A stretch of 64,000 bases of DNA from Chloroflexota bacterium (GTDB taxonomy: Bacteria > Chloroflexota > Limnocylindria > Limnocylindrales > CSP1-4). A model generated the notes under the pieces. It did no database searches. It saw only the letters and a program-made list of their open reading frames with translations, and was not told the origin of the DNA. The position numbers and the translations under genes are program-made. The stretch spans positions 2,639 through 66,638 of the forward strand of contig JAJYLZ010000009.1 in NCBI GenBank assembly GCA_021787395.1. The letters are read 5' to 3'. Of this stretch, positions 41,629-50,935 are shown piece by piece (positions within the stretch are counted from its first letter, which is position 1; each line of letters begins with the position of its first letter).

Positions 41629-42389
41629 GGCCGCGCCTCGCGCAGCCGGTAGCCCACGCCCCGGACCGTGTCGATGAAGCGCGGATCCGCGGCATTGTCA
41701 CCCAGCTTGCGTCGGATGTTGCCGATGTGGACGTCGACCAGGTGGTCGTCGGCGAAGTTGACGCCGCCCCACACCTCCCGGAACAAGCGCGCCCTCGACA
41801 GGACGATGCCCGGCTGGCGAGTGAGCGCGGCGAGGACGGCGAACTCGATGGCGGTGAGCTCTACATCCCTTCCGTCAACCCTGACGGACCGGCGGTCCTC
41901 GTCGACGGCAAGGCCGGGCGGCCCGGTCGAACGGAGGTGGGCAGTCGATGAGCGCGGTCGCCGGAGGAGCGCCTTGATCCGCGCGACGAGCTCGCGCGGC
42001 GAGAAGGGCTTCGCCAGGTAGTCGTCCGCGCCCACCGTCAAGCCGGCGACGCGGTCGACCTCCTCGCTGCGGGCGGTCAGCATCAGGACGTAGGCGTCCG
42101 AGAACCCGCGGAGTTGCCGGCAGACCTCGATCCCGTCGAGGCCGGGGAGCATGAGGTCGAGGACCACCACGTCCGGCTCGAAGTCGCGGACAGCCGAGAC
42201 GGCAGCGATGCCGTCAGCGACCACGCGTGCCTCCCAGCCCTCTCGCGAGACGTACCCGGCGACCAGATCCGCGATCGGGGGCTCGTCGTCGACCACCAGG
42301 ATGCGCGGGGCGCGTGCAGGCGGATGCGTGCCGGTGTCGTCCGGCTGGTTGTGGTGGATGGTGGACGCCAGATCTGTGTCCTCGCGCAT
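41625..42389 (-). CDS. OmpR-family response regulator
   Basis: [28 protein letters not shown]. Confidence 0.92.
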   Translation of the reverse strand: MREDTDLASTIHHNQPDDTGTHPPARAPRILVVDDEPPIADLVAGYVSREGWEARVVADGIAAVSAVRDFEPDVVVLDLMLPGLDGIEVCRQLRGFSDAYVLMLTARSEEVDRVAGLTVGADDYLAKPFSPRELVARIKALLRRPRSSTAHLRSTGPPGLAVDEDRRSVRVDGRDVELTAIEFAVLAALTRQPGIVLSRARLFREVWGGVNFADDHLVDVHIGNIRRKLGDNAADPRFIDTVRGVGYRLREARP

Positions 42390-42717
42390 GTCGTCTCTGC
42401 AGCACTTGGCTTCTAGAAGCGCTCGCAACCGTGGCGCCTCGAGGACATTGTCCGCGGTCGCTGCGCTGAACACCACACAGGGGGTGGGCAAGCGCGCGTC
42501 AAGGAACCATCAAGACGCCGATCCCGCGCCGCAGCGCCCGGCGAATGCGATCGTGGGCGGCGACCGCAGACAACGTGCGTGGATCGGGACGACGTCAACT
42601 CGGGCCGGGCAAGCGGAGCCGAAGCGCGCCCGGAGCGTGGCCGGGCAGCTGCTTGATCGTCACGCTCCAGGGCGAGGGCGGTGCGGACAGGCGGTTGGTG
42701 GCACCGCCGTGCTTCGT

Positions 42718-42798
42718 CTACGTCCTGTGCGCCGAGCAGTCGCACGGGCAGCCGCAGTGCCTGCAGCCGCAGCACTGGCCGCAGGGGCAGTCACACAT
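42718..42798 (-). CDS. 26-aa metallothionein-like Cys-rich peptide
   Basis: MCDCPCGQCCGCRHCGCPCDCSAHRT* (10 Cys, 2 His); RBS AGGAAGGAGG; start overlaps the MerR 3' end. Confidence 0.75.
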   Translation of the reverse strand: MCDCPCGQCCGCRHCGCPCDCSAHRT

Positions 42799-43191
42799 CG
42801 CCGACCTCCTTCCTGCCGACTTGAATGAGCGGCCGCGGTTGAGCGCCCGCTGCCAGGGCGGCGTCGAGCCGGGCGAGCTCGGCGTCGAGCCCGGCCAGCT
42901 CGCGGGTGCGCCGGGCGATCTCGTTCCGCCGGGTGGCGATCGCCGCCCGGACGCCCTCGGCGACGCGGTCACACTGGCCGTCGGCGCACAGGCCGGCCAG
43001 CTCCGCCGCCTCGCCGAGCGGCACGTCGAGCCGCCGGAGGCCCACCAGCACGCGCAGCCGCTGGACGTCGTCGGCCCCGTAGTCGCGGTACCCGTTCGTC
43101 GCCCGGGCCGGCCGAGGCAGCCGCGCTCCTCGTAGAAGCGCACCGCCTTGGCCGTCACGCCCAGCTCGCGGGCGAGGTCGCCGATCTGCAT
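42791..43191 (-). CDS. MerR-family regulator (frameshift ~43120)
   Basis: MQIGDLARELGVTAKAVRFYE / PRPARATNGYRDY...CADGQC...coiled coil. Confidence 0.85.
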
Positions 43192-43197
43192 GGCCAG

Positions 43198-43228
43198 ACG
43201 GTAGACCTTCCAGAGGCGGGAATGTCAA
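43198..43228 (-). promoter_or_regulatory. MerR-type promoter with 19-bp spacer and CueR-like dyad
   Basis: TTGACA-19 nt-TACCGT; ACATTCC-N7-GGAAGGT; ATG 6 nt after the -10. Confidence 0.85.
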
Positions 43229-43302
43229 GGAGCCAACCAGGGAACGCAGGCCCGACCCATCCACGCCTTCCCCAGCCACCGCGATCGGCGCCGCCGGGAA
43301 GC

Positions 43303-43345
43303 GTTCTTGAGGAGTTCTTGAGGCACCTTTGTGAGCAGCCTGAGG
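43303..43345 (+). promoter_or_regulatory. 11-bp direct-repeat array (class B)
   Basis: GTTCTTGAGG at 43303 and 43314; weaker units at 43328 and 43339. Confidence 0.65.
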
Positions 43346-43423
43346 AAGGCCCCGCAGTATGTCTCTTGCATCGCCCCGCTGGGGGCAACGACACAACGAC
43401 GGATTTCAGGAAGGGAAAGCAGA

Positions 43424-43687
43424 ATGATGTTCGGGTACGGATCCGGCCTCGGATGGGGCCTCGGCGGCTGGTTGGGGATGCTGGGCATGCTCGCCGTGAT
43501 CGTCGGGATCGTGGTCCTTGTCGTCTGGCTCGTGAGCCGCGCGACACAGAGCGCTCAGCCGCAGGGCCCCGGCGCGCCGGGCCAGCAGCCTGATGCGATG
43601 GAGTTGCTCCGCCTGCGGTTCGCGCGCGGCGAGATCACCGCCGATGAGTACCAGGCAGCCAAGAACGTCCTGGAGGCGGGTAGATGA
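43424..43687 (+). CDS. SHOCT-domain membrane protein
   Basis: MMFGYG..TM..LRLRFARGEITADEY. Confidence 0.85.
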   Translation: MMFGYGSGLGWGLGGWLGMLGMLAVIVGIVVLVVWLVSRATQSAQPQGPGAPGQQPDAMELLRLRFARGEITADEYQAAKNVLEAGR

Positions 43688-44307
43688 GCGGGCGGCTGGG
43701 GATCGCCGGGGCGGGGCTGGTCCTCGCCGGCGCGGTGATGATCGGCGTGGGGGCCGTCGTCGGGGGAGGGTTCGGCGGGTTCGGGCCGGCCGCGATGATG
43801 GGCTACGCCCTGGACGGCTCCGCCGGGGCGAACGGAACGAATGGGACGACGACCACGCCCTATGGTTACGGGATGATGGGCGGGTACGGCGGCTACGGGA
43901 TGATGGGCGGGTACGGCGGCTGGGCCGGCAACGGCGTCGCCGGCGCCTCCGCTCCGGCCCCGGGCGAGGCCGGCTTCGTCGCCGGCACGCAGGCGAGCCC
44001 ACGCGTGGTCCAGGTCATCGCCGGCCCCGGCTACACCTTCACGCCGTCGGTGATCACCGTCCAGAAGGGCGAGACCGTCACCTTCGAGGTGACGACCATG
44101 GGACCGCTCGTCCACGAGTTCATGGTCGGCCCGGCCGACGCGGTCGCCGCCGACCAGGAGGGCACGCCCGAGGTCGCCGACATCGGGATGATGCAGACCA
44201 AGTCGGTGACGTACACGTTCGACGGCTCGGGCCCGTACGCCTTCGCCTGCCACGCCCCCGGCCACTACGAGGCCGGCATGAAGGGGACGATCACCGTCGT
44301 CGGCTGA
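43684..44307 (+). CDS. Plastocyanin/azurin-family cupredoxin with GMMGG repeats
   Basis: HEFM, CHAPGHYEAGM. Confidence 0.88.
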   Translation: MSGRLGIAGAGLVLAGAVMIGVGAVVGGGFGGFGPAAMMGYALDGSAGANGTNGTTTTPYGYGMMGGYGGYGMMGGYGGWAGNGVAGASAPAPGEAGFVAGTQASPRVVQVIAGPGYTFTPSVITVQKGETVTFEVTTMGPLVHEFMVGPADAVAADQEGTPEVADIGMMQTKSVTYTFDGSGPYAFACHAPGHYEAGMKGTITVVG

Positions 44308-44365
44308 CCCGACGACCGGCGCGCGGGCTCGACCCTGGGGCGGCCGCGTAGACCGGCACGACCGC

Positions 44366-44397
44366 GCCCCCGCCCCACGCGCGGAAGGGGCGGGGGC
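44366..44397. terminator. GC-rich hairpin between the cupredoxin and kinase genes
   Basis: GCCCCCGCCCC-loop-GGGGCGGGGGC; no U-tract. Confidence 0.35.
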
Positions 44398-44425
44398 CGG
44401 ACCCGCCCTACAGGAAGGGTGTCAA

Positions 44426-45664
44426 ATGGTCCGTCGTGAGCTGAGCCGCCTCCGGTGGCGGCTGCTGGCGGCCAATCTCGCCGTGGCGGCCGCCGGCGTG
44501 GTTGCGGCCACGTTCGGCGTGTGGCTGGCGGCGCCCGGCGCCTTCAGCGACGCCATGGTCCGCGCCGGCATGATGGGTGCGGGCCAGGGCGGCATGATGG
44601 GCGGCTCCGGGCCAAGCGGGGTGATGGACCCGCTGCTCAGCGCCGCCTTCGGCGACGCCGTCGGGACCGCGATCTGGCTCGGCCTCGCGGCGGCGGTCGT
44701 CGTTGCCGTCGCGGCGTCAGTGCTCCTCGCGACGCGCCTGTCGCGGCCGATCGACGCGCTCGCGGCCGCCAGCCGCCGCGTGGCCTCCGGCGACTACTCG
44801 CGCCCCGTGGCGCAGGGGGCCGGCGAGCTGGGCGAACTCGCCGCGTCGTTCAACGCCATGGCGTCCCGCCTCGCCGCCGAGGAGCAGCGCCGCCGCGACA
44901 TCATCGGCGACGTCGCGCACGAGCTGCGGACGCCCATCGCCTCGGTCCGCGGATACGCCGAGGGGCTGGAGGCGGGTGTGTTCGCGCCCGGGCCCGACGC
45001 CTGGAGAGTGCTGTGCGAGCAGACCGAGCGCCTCGGGCGGCTGGTGGACGACCTGGCCACGCTGTGGCGGGCCGAATCCAGCGACGTGCGGCTGGAGATC
45101 GGTCCCGTGGACGCGGGGACCGCCGTCGCAGACGCCCGGGAGCGCCACCTCGCGGCCGCCGCTGCCCGCTCCACCACCCTCTCGCTCGACGTCGAGCCAG
45201 TGTGGGTCGCGGCAGACGCGGTGCGGCTGGCCCAAGTTCTCGACAACCTCGTCTCCAACGCCATCCGCTACGGCCACGACGGCGGCGCCGTGACGCTGTG
45301 CCTGCGGGCGGAGGGTCGCGCCGGCGTGATCTCGGTGCGCGACGACGGGCCCGGGCTCGAGCCCGCGGAGGCGGCGCGCGTCTTCGACCGCTTCTACCGC
45401 GTCGACACGTCGCGCTCGCGGGCGGGGGGCGGCAGCGGCCTCGGCCTGGCAATCACCAAGTCGCTCACCGAGGCGATGGGCGGCGCGGTGGCGGCGTCGA
45501 GCCCTGGGGCAGGAATGGGGGCCACCTTCACAGTCCGGCTCCCGCTCGCCCGAGCGGCAGACACCCGTCACCCGCCCAAGGGGCTCAGCCAGAGTGACGG
45601 GTCGGGTGGGAATGGGCGACCGCAGCGTGGCAGCGATCGCCCGACGGCGTCCCCCCACTTGTGA
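44426..45664 (+). CDS. HAMP sensor histidine kinase with Met-rich loop (paralog of 40540)
   Basis: GMMGAGQGGMMGG, AHELRTP, NAIRY, DDGPG, GLGL. Confidence 0.92.
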   Translation: MVRRELSRLRWRLLAANLAVAAAGVVAATFGVWLAAPGAFSDAMVRAGMMGAGQGGMMGGSGPSGVMDPLLSAAFGDAVGTAIWLGLAAAVVVAVAASVLLATRLSRPIDALAAASRRVASGDYSRPVAQGAGELGELAASFNAMASRLAAEEQRRRDIIGDVAHELRTPIASVRGYAEGLEAGVFAPGPDAWRVLCEQTERLGRLVDDLATLWRAESSDVRLEIGPVDAGTAVADARERHLAAAAARSTTLSLDVEPVWVAADAVRLAQVLDNLVSNAIRYGHDGGAVTLCLRAEGRAGVISVRDDGPGLEPAEAARVFDRFYRVDTSRSRAGGGSGLGLAITKSLTEAMGGAVAASSPGAGMGATFTVRLPLARAADTRHPPKGLSQSDGSGGNGRPQRGSDRPTASPHL

Positions 45665-45793
45665 CGGCAGCCATCGCGGCGACCATCAGGCCTGAGCCCA
45701 ACGCCCTGGTGTCGCGCTGTGCCGGCGACCCGCCTCTCACTGGTCTGACACGGCCCCCACCGACGGCCGCAGGCGGGCGATCGCGGCGGACGG

Positions 45794-46642
45794 TCAGACC
45801 GTGAGCAGGATCGCGAACCCCATCACCAACACCACGAGCGCCATCAGCAGCTTGGTCCCGCTGGCGTGCTTGAGGTGCCACCGGTTGAGCGTCCTGATGA
45901 CGCCGGGTCGGCTCGCGAGCACGAGGAGCAGGACCAGCGGCGTGATGTACGCCAGGTTGTAGAGGGCCAGTCCCCCAAGCCCGGCCGCCACGCTGCCGCC
46001 TGCGCCCAGCAGGGCCACGACGCCGAGGTACACGGCGCCGCTGCACGGCACCGTGCACAACCCGATCAGCACCCCGCCGCCGAGCAGGGCGAACGGCGAG
46101 CTGGTACGGGCCCATGCGCGCATCCGCCCGTGCAGGGCACCCGGTGCGGCGAGCTGCAGCGGCGCATCCGGCAGGAGCGCGTCGCGGAGCATCCAGATGC
46201 CGAACGCGATGGCGACCAGGGCCGCCACGCGACTCGGCAGATGGTTGGAGCCGAAGTCGGTGGCCGAGGCGATCGCCGTCAGGAGGCCGAGGCCGAGGAG
46301 GAAGTACGTCGCGAGGACCCCTGCCACGAAGAGCGACCCCAGGCCGAGCACGCGCCGCGAGGCCGCTGCGGCGGCGGGCCCCCCCGTGGCCACCGATTCC
46401 CTCGCCGCCAAGCCGAGGGCGAAGGTGGCGAACAGGATGAGCACGCCGAAGGCGCAGGGGTTGAACCCGTCGAGGAACCCGGCGCCGAGGATGATCGGGA
46501 CGGTGAGCGGCTCGAGCGCCCCATGGGCTCCTGCCGGGGCATGCGGCTGGGCGAAGGCGACGGCAGCGGCGGCCACGCCGAGGACCGCCCCCACCGCAGC
46601 GATCGCGGTGGTGCGCCTCGGCATCGCGAGAGCGCCCGTCAT
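45794..46642 (-). CDS. CcdA/DsbD-like transmembrane protein (paralog of 24648)
   Basis: GFLDGFNPCAF...CTVPCSGAVY. Confidence 0.85.
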   Translation of the reverse strand: MTGALAMPRRTTAIAAVGAVLGVAAAAVAFAQPHAPAGAHGALEPLTVPIILGAGFLDGFNPCAFGVLILFATFALGLAARESVATGGPAAAAASRRVLGLGSLFVAGVLATYFLLGLGLLTAIASATDFGSNHLPSRVAALVAIAFGIWMLRDALLPDAPLQLAAPGALHGRMRAWARTSSPFALLGGGVLIGLCTVPCSGAVYLGVVALLGAGGSVAAGLGGLALYNLAYITPLVLLLVLASRPGVIRTLNRWHLKHASGTKLLMALVVLVMGFAILLTV

Positions 46643-47124
46643 GCGGTCACCGTCAGCGTGCCCTGCATCGTCGGGTTGGCTCGGCCGCCGCAGCAGATGC
46701 CGCAGTACCAGGTGTACGTCCCCGGTGTTGCCGGCGCGGTGAACTCGAAGACCTTGCTGCTCTCCGGTCCCACCTTCCAGTCGATGCCCAGCTGGTCGAT
46801 CGCCATCTCGTGCCAGCCGCCGCCGTCGCTGTGGAACTGGGTGTCCAGGGATGTCAGCTCGATGCTGACGGTCGAGCCCGCCTTGACGCTGAACGAGTCC
46901 GGCGAGAATCCGCCCATGCTTGCCTTGACCTGGATGGCATCCGCGGAGATGGGGCTCGACGGCAGGAGGCGGGCCGCGACCAGACCGAGCGCGGCGAGGG
47001 CGATCGCAGCAGCGAGTATGCCGAAGCCGAGCGACCGCAGCCGCCGCCCCCTCGCAGCCGGGCGGGGCTTGGGCTGCCCGGGCCGGGAGGCGGCGCCGCG
47101 GTTCGATGGCGAGTGCTTGTTCAT
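46639..47124 (-). CDS. Cupredoxin with CxxCCG motif (paralog of 25499)
   Basis: GWHEM, PGTYTWYCGICCGGRANPTMQG. Confidence 0.85.
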   Translation of the reverse strand: MNKHSPSNRGAASRPGQPKPRPAARGRRLRSLGFGILAAAIALAALGLVAARLLPSSPISADAIQVKASMGGFSPDSFSVKAGSTVSIELTSLDTQFHSDGGGWHEMAIDQLGIDWKVGPESSKVFEFTAPATPGTYTWYCGICCGGRANPTMQGTLTVTA

Positions 47125-47504
47125 GGGCGGGCTTCCTCTGGGTGTTCTGTGGGTTGGTGCGGGGACGCGATGGGGTCGAGGGGGGCCCGGCCCGGGCTGC
47201 GCCCGCGGCGGAGGATCGGCCGGAGCAGCAGCCGCACGTCCGGGCGGGCGTCCTCCGACGCAACCGCCTGCCGATCGACCTCCTGCTGGACCAGCCGCAG
47301 GAGGAGGGCGTCGAGTGATCCCTGCGTCGCGAGCAGCTGCTGGACGACGGCGCAGTGCGGCTGGCCGCTCCGAATCATCTCGGCGACGGCGGCGGCCTGA
47401 CCCGCGGCGCGGTTGGCGCGGGCGAGTGCCTCTGCGCGCTCCGTGACGGATGCCGCCGTCTGGGGGCGCCGGCCACGTCCCGACGCCGAGCCGAGACGGC
47501 TCAC
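47121..47504 (-). CDS. CsoR/RcnR-like regulator, degenerate
   Basis: RANRAAGQ..AVAEMI...CAVVQQLLA..GSL; GTG overlaps the upstream TGA; second His/Cys ligands absent. Confidence 0.6.
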   Translation of the reverse strand: MSRLGSASGRGRRPQTAASVTERAEALARANRAAGQAAAVAEMIRSGQPHCAVVQQLLATQGSLDALLLRLVQQEVDRQAVASEDARPDVRLLLRPILRRGRSPGRAPLDPIASPHQPTEHPEEARP

Positions 47505-48649
47505 GGGCGCCACCCGTGGGTCGCACGCATGTCCTGGGCGTCGGAGGCGGCCCACGCCCGCATCTGGGCGGCCGCATCATCGGCGTCGACCGCCCCGTAG
47601 CGGCCGCCGCGCACGAGCAGGACGCCGACCGTCGCCAGATCGCCGGCGATGTCCGCGGCAGGGGCGTCCTCCCGCGCGACGCGGAGCGAGGCGGCGGGCA
47701 CCATCACGTCGCCGCATCGCGCGGCGGGGCGGGCCAGCGCCACGCGGAACTGGCGCGGCCCGACGACGCCGACGAACGCGCCACTGCCATCGAGCACGAG
47801 CGAGACGCAGTCGCGCGTGCCCGGCGCCAGATCCGCGATCCTGTCGTCGGCACGGCATACCGACGTGACGGGATGCGCGAGGTCCGAAGCCGAATGGCTT
47901 CTGAGGAATCGGCTCGTCGTGTCGAGGTCCTTGCGGGACCCCGCCGCGACCCAGACGGCCACGGCCGGAAGGCCGCCGAGAGCGGCGATCACGGGGTTGC
48001 GCAGGAGGACTGCGCCTACCGCGAGCAGCGCAGCGAGCAGGGCAGCGGCCGTCCTGGCCATCCGCGCCGCGTGGGCCACCCGGTGGTCGGGGTCTGCGCA
48101 ACGGAGGTCTGCGACCGCCTGGGCGGCCCCCCAGCCAGGGAGTCCTGGAATCGGGACGACGAGGGCCAGGAGTAGCCCGAGGTTCGCGACCCCGGCGAGC
48201 ATGCCGATGGCGTGCTGGTCGGTTCCGGGGATTGCACCCGCGGTCGCGACCCCTGCCGCAATCGCGAGCGCGCTTGACAGAAGTGCGCCGGCGGAGAACG
48301 CGGCGAGGCGTCTTGCCGGCGAGGCATGCAGCACGGTGGAGCTCGAGCGTCGGCGTGGCGCGGCGGCTCTCCGCCCATCGAGCATGACGAGACGCGCCGC
48401 GCGCGGGAGGAGGACGGCCATGCCGACCAGGTAGGTGCCAGCAGCGGTCGTCAGGGCCACCTGCACCGGCCAAGCGTTGGGGTGCATCGGCATGTAGAGG
48501 GTGGCGACGAGGACAACCGCGATGGCAGCCGGGACGAGCAGCCGGCCGGGCCCTTCCGCGGCCAGGCCTCGAGCTGGCAGGCCAGGGGCGAGTCGCGCCC
48601 TCACCAGCGGGGCCCCGGCGCTGCGCGATCGAGGTGCTCGCCCTTCCAT
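47501..48649 (-). CDS. Degenerate M50-like + CBS-like membrane protein
   Basis: Paralog of 27158-28294 (PGLPGW, FL..H.A.DLA.P, VGPRQ); no HExxH. Confidence 0.55.
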   Translation of the reverse strand: MEGRAPRSRSAGAPLVRARLAPGLPARGLAAEGPGRLLVPAAIAVVLVATLYMPMHPNAWPVQVALTTAAGTYLVGMAVLLPRAARLVMLDGRRAAAPRRRSSSTVLHASPARRLAAFSAGALLSSALAIAAGVATAGAIPGTDQHAIGMLAGVANLGLLLALVVPIPGLPGWGAAQAVADLRCADPDHRVAHAARMARTAAALLAALLAVGAVLLRNPVIAALGGLPAVAVWVAAGSRKDLDTTSRFLRSHSASDLAHPVTSVCRADDRIADLAPGTRDCVSLVLDGSGAFVGVVGPRQFRVALARPAARCGDVMVPAASLRVAREDAPAADIAGDLATVGVLLVRGGRYGAVDADDAAAQMRAWAASDAQDMRATHGWRP

Positions 48650-48858
48650 GCCACGTATGCCGCCGCCATGAGGATGCTCCCGCCGACAAGCGCGATCGGG
48701 ATGTCCTCCCGTGCGGGGGCAGTCTGGCCCGGCGCTGCCTCGTCGCCAGTGGGCGACGCACCCCCCGCCCCAGTCACCTCGAGTGGCGTCAAGGCCTCAC
48801 CGGCTAGAGGGAACGCAAGGGCGATGAACGCAGCCAGGATCAAGAGAGCTCGGCGCAT
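48601..48858 (-). CDS. Small secreted/membrane protein
   Basis: MRRALLILAAFIALAF; RBS GGAGGG; class A array at 48930-48966. Confidence 0.5.
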   Translation of the reverse strand: MRRALLILAAFIALAFPLAGEALTPLEVTGAGGASPTGDEAAPGQTAPAREDIPIALVGGSILMAAAYVAWKGEHLDRAAPGPRW

Positions 48859-49153
48859 CGCGAACCCTCCGTTCTCCTCTCCTACATCGGCGGCCCAAGC
48901 GGGGCCACGCAGACTCCACACCTCGCCGCTGAGTTGGGGATGAGGGCCGTCTTAGCAGGCGCTTAGGAATCGCCTCGGACACCGGGCACCGATCTGGGGA
49001 CGACGTCGGGACCGTGCGGCGGCAGGAAATGCATCGCTCAGGGCGGCCTCATCGTGCGCTCAGGCTGGCGAGCGACGCTGTCCGCCCGGGACGAGCTCGA
49101 GAGGAGTATTCCCGAGCACCGTCCGACCGGTACAGCGAAGTTGGAGTCCCAAT

Positions 49154-49426
49154 ATGCGGCTCACCGAACTGGCGGTGATCGACTCGGGCCAGCAACCCGC
49201 GGCCCCCTGCGCCACCTGCGGCACGCTCGTGCCGGCCGGATCCGGCGTGACTGCGCTATTCCACGGCCGCACGCTGCGCTTCCGGTGCGGCGAGTGCTAC
49301 TCGCGGTTCGTCCTCGATGCCGACCACGCGCCCGAGGCCATCCTTCCTTCCTGCTGCAGTGGCGAAGCGTCGCATGAGCCCGAGCCCGATCCGGCGACGA
49401 CGCCCTACAGCGAGTGGTGCATCTGA
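49154..49426 (+). CDS. YHS/TRASH-like protein with CC...SEWC tail
   Basis: CATCG...LRFRCGEC..RF..D...SCC...SEWCI; RBS GGAG. Confidence 0.7.
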   Translation: MRLTELAVIDSGQQPAAPCATCGTLVPAGSGVTALFHGRTLRFRCGECYSRFVLDADHAPEAILPSCCSGEASHEPEPDPATTPYSEWCI

Positions 49427-49522
49427 CGCCGGGGCCTCCTGGGGCGACGCCTCGCCCGCGGGCCCAGCGCGAGGTGCGGCGCGGTCGGTGCGACCGATCG
49501 CCGACGATCGCCCGCGGCTCCC

Positions 49523-50935
49523 TCAGCGCGGGCGTGCCGGGATCGAGATCTCGACGCGGGTGCCCGCCCCGGGCAAGGGGGCGAGCGACATCGTGGCGCC
49601 GTGGGCGTCGGCGATCCAGCGCGCGATCGCGAGGCCGAGGCCCGTCCCCGATGGCCGGAACCCCCGGGCGCGGCGCCCTCGGTAGAGGCGCTCGAACACG
49701 CGCTCCACGTCCTCCGCGTCGATCCCGATGCCGGTGTCGTCGACGGTCACCACCGCGCTGGCGCCGAGGGACTTCAGACGCACGGTCACCGTGCCGCCCG
49801 GAGGCGTGTAGCGCGCTGCGTTGTCGAGCACGATGCCGAACAGCTCCCGGAGGCGGTATGCGTCTCCCTCGACGGTCACGGGCTCGACGGCGGCGACGGT
49901 CATGCGCACGTGCGGCGCGGCCTGCCGCCCCCGGCGGACGGACTCGACCAGGAGCGCGTCGAGCTCGACCGGCTCGAACTCCAGGCGCGCCCCGGACTCG
50001 GCGCGGGCCAGCGACAGCAGGTCGCCGACGAGGCGGCCCATCCGCTCGGCCTCGTCGCGGGCGTCGGTGAGGATGGCCTCGCGCTCGGCCGGGGGCAGGT
50101 CGGGGCGTGCGGCGAGGTCCAGGTTCGCCCGGACCGTCGTCAGGGGCGTCCGGAGCTGGTGCGACGCGTCGGCGAGGAACCGCTGGAGCGTCTGGTGGTT
50201 CTGCTCCAGCGCCTCGAGCATCTCGTTGAACGCCACGGCGAGGTCGCCGATCTCGTCGCCCGGCCGGCCGACGTCGACGCGCGCCGCGAAGTCGCCGGAG
50301 AGCGCGATGGCCCGGGCGGTCTCGGTCACCTCGACAACCGGCGCCAGGGCGCGGCGGGCCAGGAGGAAGCCGCCGACCACGGCCGCGCCGGACACGAGGG
50401 CGCCGCCCGCGACGAGCGCGGCCGCCACCGTGCGGAGGAGGTCGTCGAGGGGCAGCGTCGAGTTGGCCCACGCGACGTAGCCGACGACGCCCCACGTCTG
50501 GTTGGTGATCGTGTGGACCGTGTAGCGGCGGGAGTCGCCCGTCGCGGTCACGAACGGCCGTACTAAGTACGCGTGGGCGTCCGCGGCCGCGAAGTCGGCG
50601 GCGTCGATGGGCGGCGGGGCGGCGCCGGCGGGCGCCGAGTCGGCGATGACCGCGTGGCTGGGGTCGTAGACGACCACACGGCCGCCGGTCGACGCCAGCT
50701 GGTCCACCAGGCGTCCGCTCGGACGGAGCCGGCCCGCGGCGTCCACGTCCTGGGCGAACGCGCCCGCAGCATGCTCGGCGTTCGCGAGGAGGGCCGAGTC
50801 GAACGCCCCGACGAGCTGGCCGCGGAGCAGGACGAAGGTACCACCGCCGAACGCCAGCAGCGCCACGGCCAGCAGCCCGTTGTAGATGAGCGCCAGGCGG
50901 ACCCGGAACGAGGGCCGCGGCCGACGCGTTCTCAC
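49523..50935 (-). CDS. HAMP sensor histidine kinase (MprB/CusS-like)
   Basis: [27 protein letters not shown]. Confidence 0.92.
   Translation of the reverse strand: MRTRRPRPSFRVRLALIYNGLLAVALLAFGGGTFVLLRGQLVGAFDSALLANAEHAAGAFAQDVDAAGRLRPSGRLVDQLASTGGRVVVYDPSHAVIADSAPAGAAPPPIDAADFAAADAHAYLVRPFVTATGDSRRYTVHTITNQTWGVVGYVAWANSTLPLDDLLRTVAAALVAGGALVSGAAVVGGFLLARRALAPVVEVTETARAIALSGDFAARVDVGRPGDEIGDLAVAFNEMLEALEQNHQTLQRFLADASHQLRTPLTTVRANLDLAARPDLPPAEREAILTDARDEAERMGRLVGDLLSLARAESGARLEFEPVELDALLVESVRRGRQAAPHVRMTVAAVEPVTVEGDAYRLRELFGIVLDNAARYTPPGGTVTVRLKSLGASAVVTVDDTGIGIDAEDVERVFERLYRGRRARGFRPSGTGLGLAIARWIADAHGATMSLAPLPGAGTRVEISIPARPR

Noticed and set aside
42718-43191. 157-aa ORF fusing the MerR N-terminus to the Cys-rich tail
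   Set aside because: The middle is out-of-frame nonsense; the real MerR body lies in another frame ending at 42791, and the Cys peptide has its own RBS
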